Positions 35,502 to 36,574 of a DNA stretch of 36,574 bases are shown here, one piece after another. Location of the stretch: assembly GCA_009783675.1 (NCBI GenBank), contig WRDA01000001.1, forward strand, positions 1 through 36,574, given 5' to 3'. The notes beneath the pieces are model-generated. The model was not told the DNA's origin. It was given only the letters and a program-made list of their open reading frames with translations, and ran no database searches. The stretch comes from Symbiobacteriaceae bacterium (GTDB taxonomy: Bacteria; Bacillota; JAAYKD01; WRDA01). The position numbers and the translations under genes are program-made. The first letter of the stretch is position 1; each line of letters starts with the position of its first letter.

Positions 35502-36574
35502 TGGGTGGAGGATGGCACGGGGGAGGCATGCATGTCCGTAATGCCGAGATAGAGCAGCGTAAGCTAAGCGATCTCGATCCTCAGCTTTTCCTGAGGTTTT
35601 GGCGAACGACAGTGACTCCATATCGTAGCAAGCTTTATCTTTCTATATTAGCCATGCTAGCTGCTACCACCACTGGACTCATCGGTCCTATGCTGCAAAG
35701 AGTGGCTATTGATGACGGAATGCTGGCTGGAAATGCATCGGTTCTGCTAAAAGTTGCTTTGATCTATATAATCACTCACACTCTGAACTGGATCTTTAGT
35801 TTTGCCAGATCCTTCCTGATGTCTCAAATAGGTTTGAGCATAACCCAGGACATGCGTCGACACCTTTTCTCGCATATCCAGACCCTTAGTCTGAGCTTTT
35901 TCGATCGTTTGCAAGCAGGTCGCATAATGTCCCGTTTAACCAGTGATGTGGAGGTCCTGACCCAGTTGATAAACTCTGCATTGATGAATACCATTAATGA
36001 TTTCTTTACCCTGATAGGAATCATAATTATCATGATCGTCAATAGTCCCTTACTTTCCCTGATCAGTTTTTTTACCATTCCGGTGATGTTTGCAGTTACC
36101 AGGTTCTTTTCGCGAAGGATGCGAAAGGCTTATCACCAGGTGCGTGCTGCCTCAGCCGATGTTAATGCTAATTTGCAAGAGACTATTTCGGGAATGCGGG
36201 TAACCCAAAGCTTTACGCGAGAAGAACGCAATATGGAGCGGTTTGACGAAGTTAACGAAGGTAACTTTCGCGCCAACATGAATGCGGCGACGTTGCAATC
36301 AATGTTTCTGCCAGCCATTGAGGTTACCTCATCCATCGGTACTACTCTTGTTCTCATCGGAGGAGGCTATCTGGTTTTGCTGGCATCTGGCAGTGAAGCA
36401 GAAGCAGTTACTCTGGGCATTGTAGTACTCTTCCTGAACTCCATAACCCGCTTCTTTCACCCTATTCGCGAACTAACCCAGGTCATGAATACTGTTCAGG
36501 CCGCGGGTATTTCACTGGAACGGATCTTTAACTTTATCGATGAAGTACCCGAGGTACCTGATGAACCACAAGCG
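35501..36574 (+). CDS. ABC exporter half-transporter, N-terminal 358 codons (TMD only); continues beyond the window end
   Basis: Absent from the ORF track because it is open to the edge. The ATG overlaps the upstream TGA (TGATG), 7 nt after GGGAGGTG. My translation reads MGGGWHGGGMHVRNAEIEQRKLSDLDPQLFLRFWRTTVTPYRSKLYLSILAML...FFDRLQAGRIMSRLTSDVEVLTQL..., a type I ABC exporter TMD. Confidence 0.85.
   Translation, partial: MGGGWHGGGMHVRNAEIEQRKLSDLDPQLFLRFWRTTVTPYRSKLYLSILAMLAATTTGLIGPMLQRVAIDDGMLAGNASVLLKVALIYIITHTLNWIFSFARSFLMSQIGLSITQDMRRHLFSHIQTLSLSFFDRLQAGRIMSRLTSDVEVLTQLINSALMNTINDFFTLIGIIIIMIVNSPLLSLISFFTIPVMFAVTRFFSRRMRKAYHQVRAASADVNANLQETISGMRVTQSFTREERNMERFDEVNEGNFRANMNAATLQSMFLPAIEVTSSIGTTLVLIGGGYLVLLASGSEAEAVTLGIVVLFLNSITRFFHPIRELTQVMNTVQAAGISLERIFNFIDEVPEVPDEPQA

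Noticed and set aside
1-36574. Search for CRISPR arrays, transposases/integrases, prophage genes, toxin-antitoxin pairs or known defence-system components
   Set aside because: I saw no regularly spaced direct repeats. Every long ORF has a plausible housekeeping or metabolic assignment. The only helicase (19067-21469) carries the HelD signature rather than a defence nuclease-helicase architecture. A novel-defence-island claim cannot be supported from this sequence.

Overview
This window looks like a core chromosomal segment of a Firmicutes/Clostridia-like bacterium. The markers are cdaA-cdaR-glmM, HelD, RqcH, a PASTA kinase operon, a SpoVB-type flippase, a copper-amine-oxidase-N-domain protein and tRNAs with encoded CCA. 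I call 33 protein genes, two of them truncated at the window edges, and a five-tRNA cluster on the minus strand. The tRNA order is Pro-UGG and Arg-UCU, then His-GUG, Arg-ACG and Leu-UAG. I also call several sigma-A-type promoters, three of which match TTGACA-17-TAnnAT, plus four hairpin terminators and two candidate operator palindromes.

Content from left to right:
- a flippase fragment
- a tightly packed ten-gene plus-strand block: cdaA, cdaR, glmM, YgeY-type M20 hydrolase, GAF/fRMsr-like, MGDG-synthase-type glycosyltransferase, GNAT and a heterodimeric ABC exporter
- GH4 alpha-galactosidase
- YugP-type Zn-peptidase
- an orphan family-5 substrate-binding lipoprotein, divergent from a secreted protein with tandem PEBP domains
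- rqcH-helD-gltX on the minus strand
- serine hydrolase plus M20 amidohydrolase
- a solitary clpP
- the tRNA cluster
- DUF1653-rlmN-prpC-prkC-rpe plus an APH-like kinase
- a second ABC exporter pair that runs off the right edge

I saw no CRISPR array, transposase, integrase, prophage gene or recognisable defence or toxin-antitoxin module. I cannot support a claim that a clearly novel multi-gene system is present.

The items most worth a second look are:
- the SBP/tandem-PEBP divergon with a 12-bp palindrome between back-to-back promoters
- a tRNA-Pro acceptor-stem mimic hairpin between the two tRNA transcription units
- the extended c-di-AMP/envelope gene block
- a 22-bp near-perfect inverted repeat downstream of gltX
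- the rearranged PASTA-kinase operon, which lacks rsgA and has no thiN after rpe

All functional calls come from motif and family recognition by eye. No database search was run.
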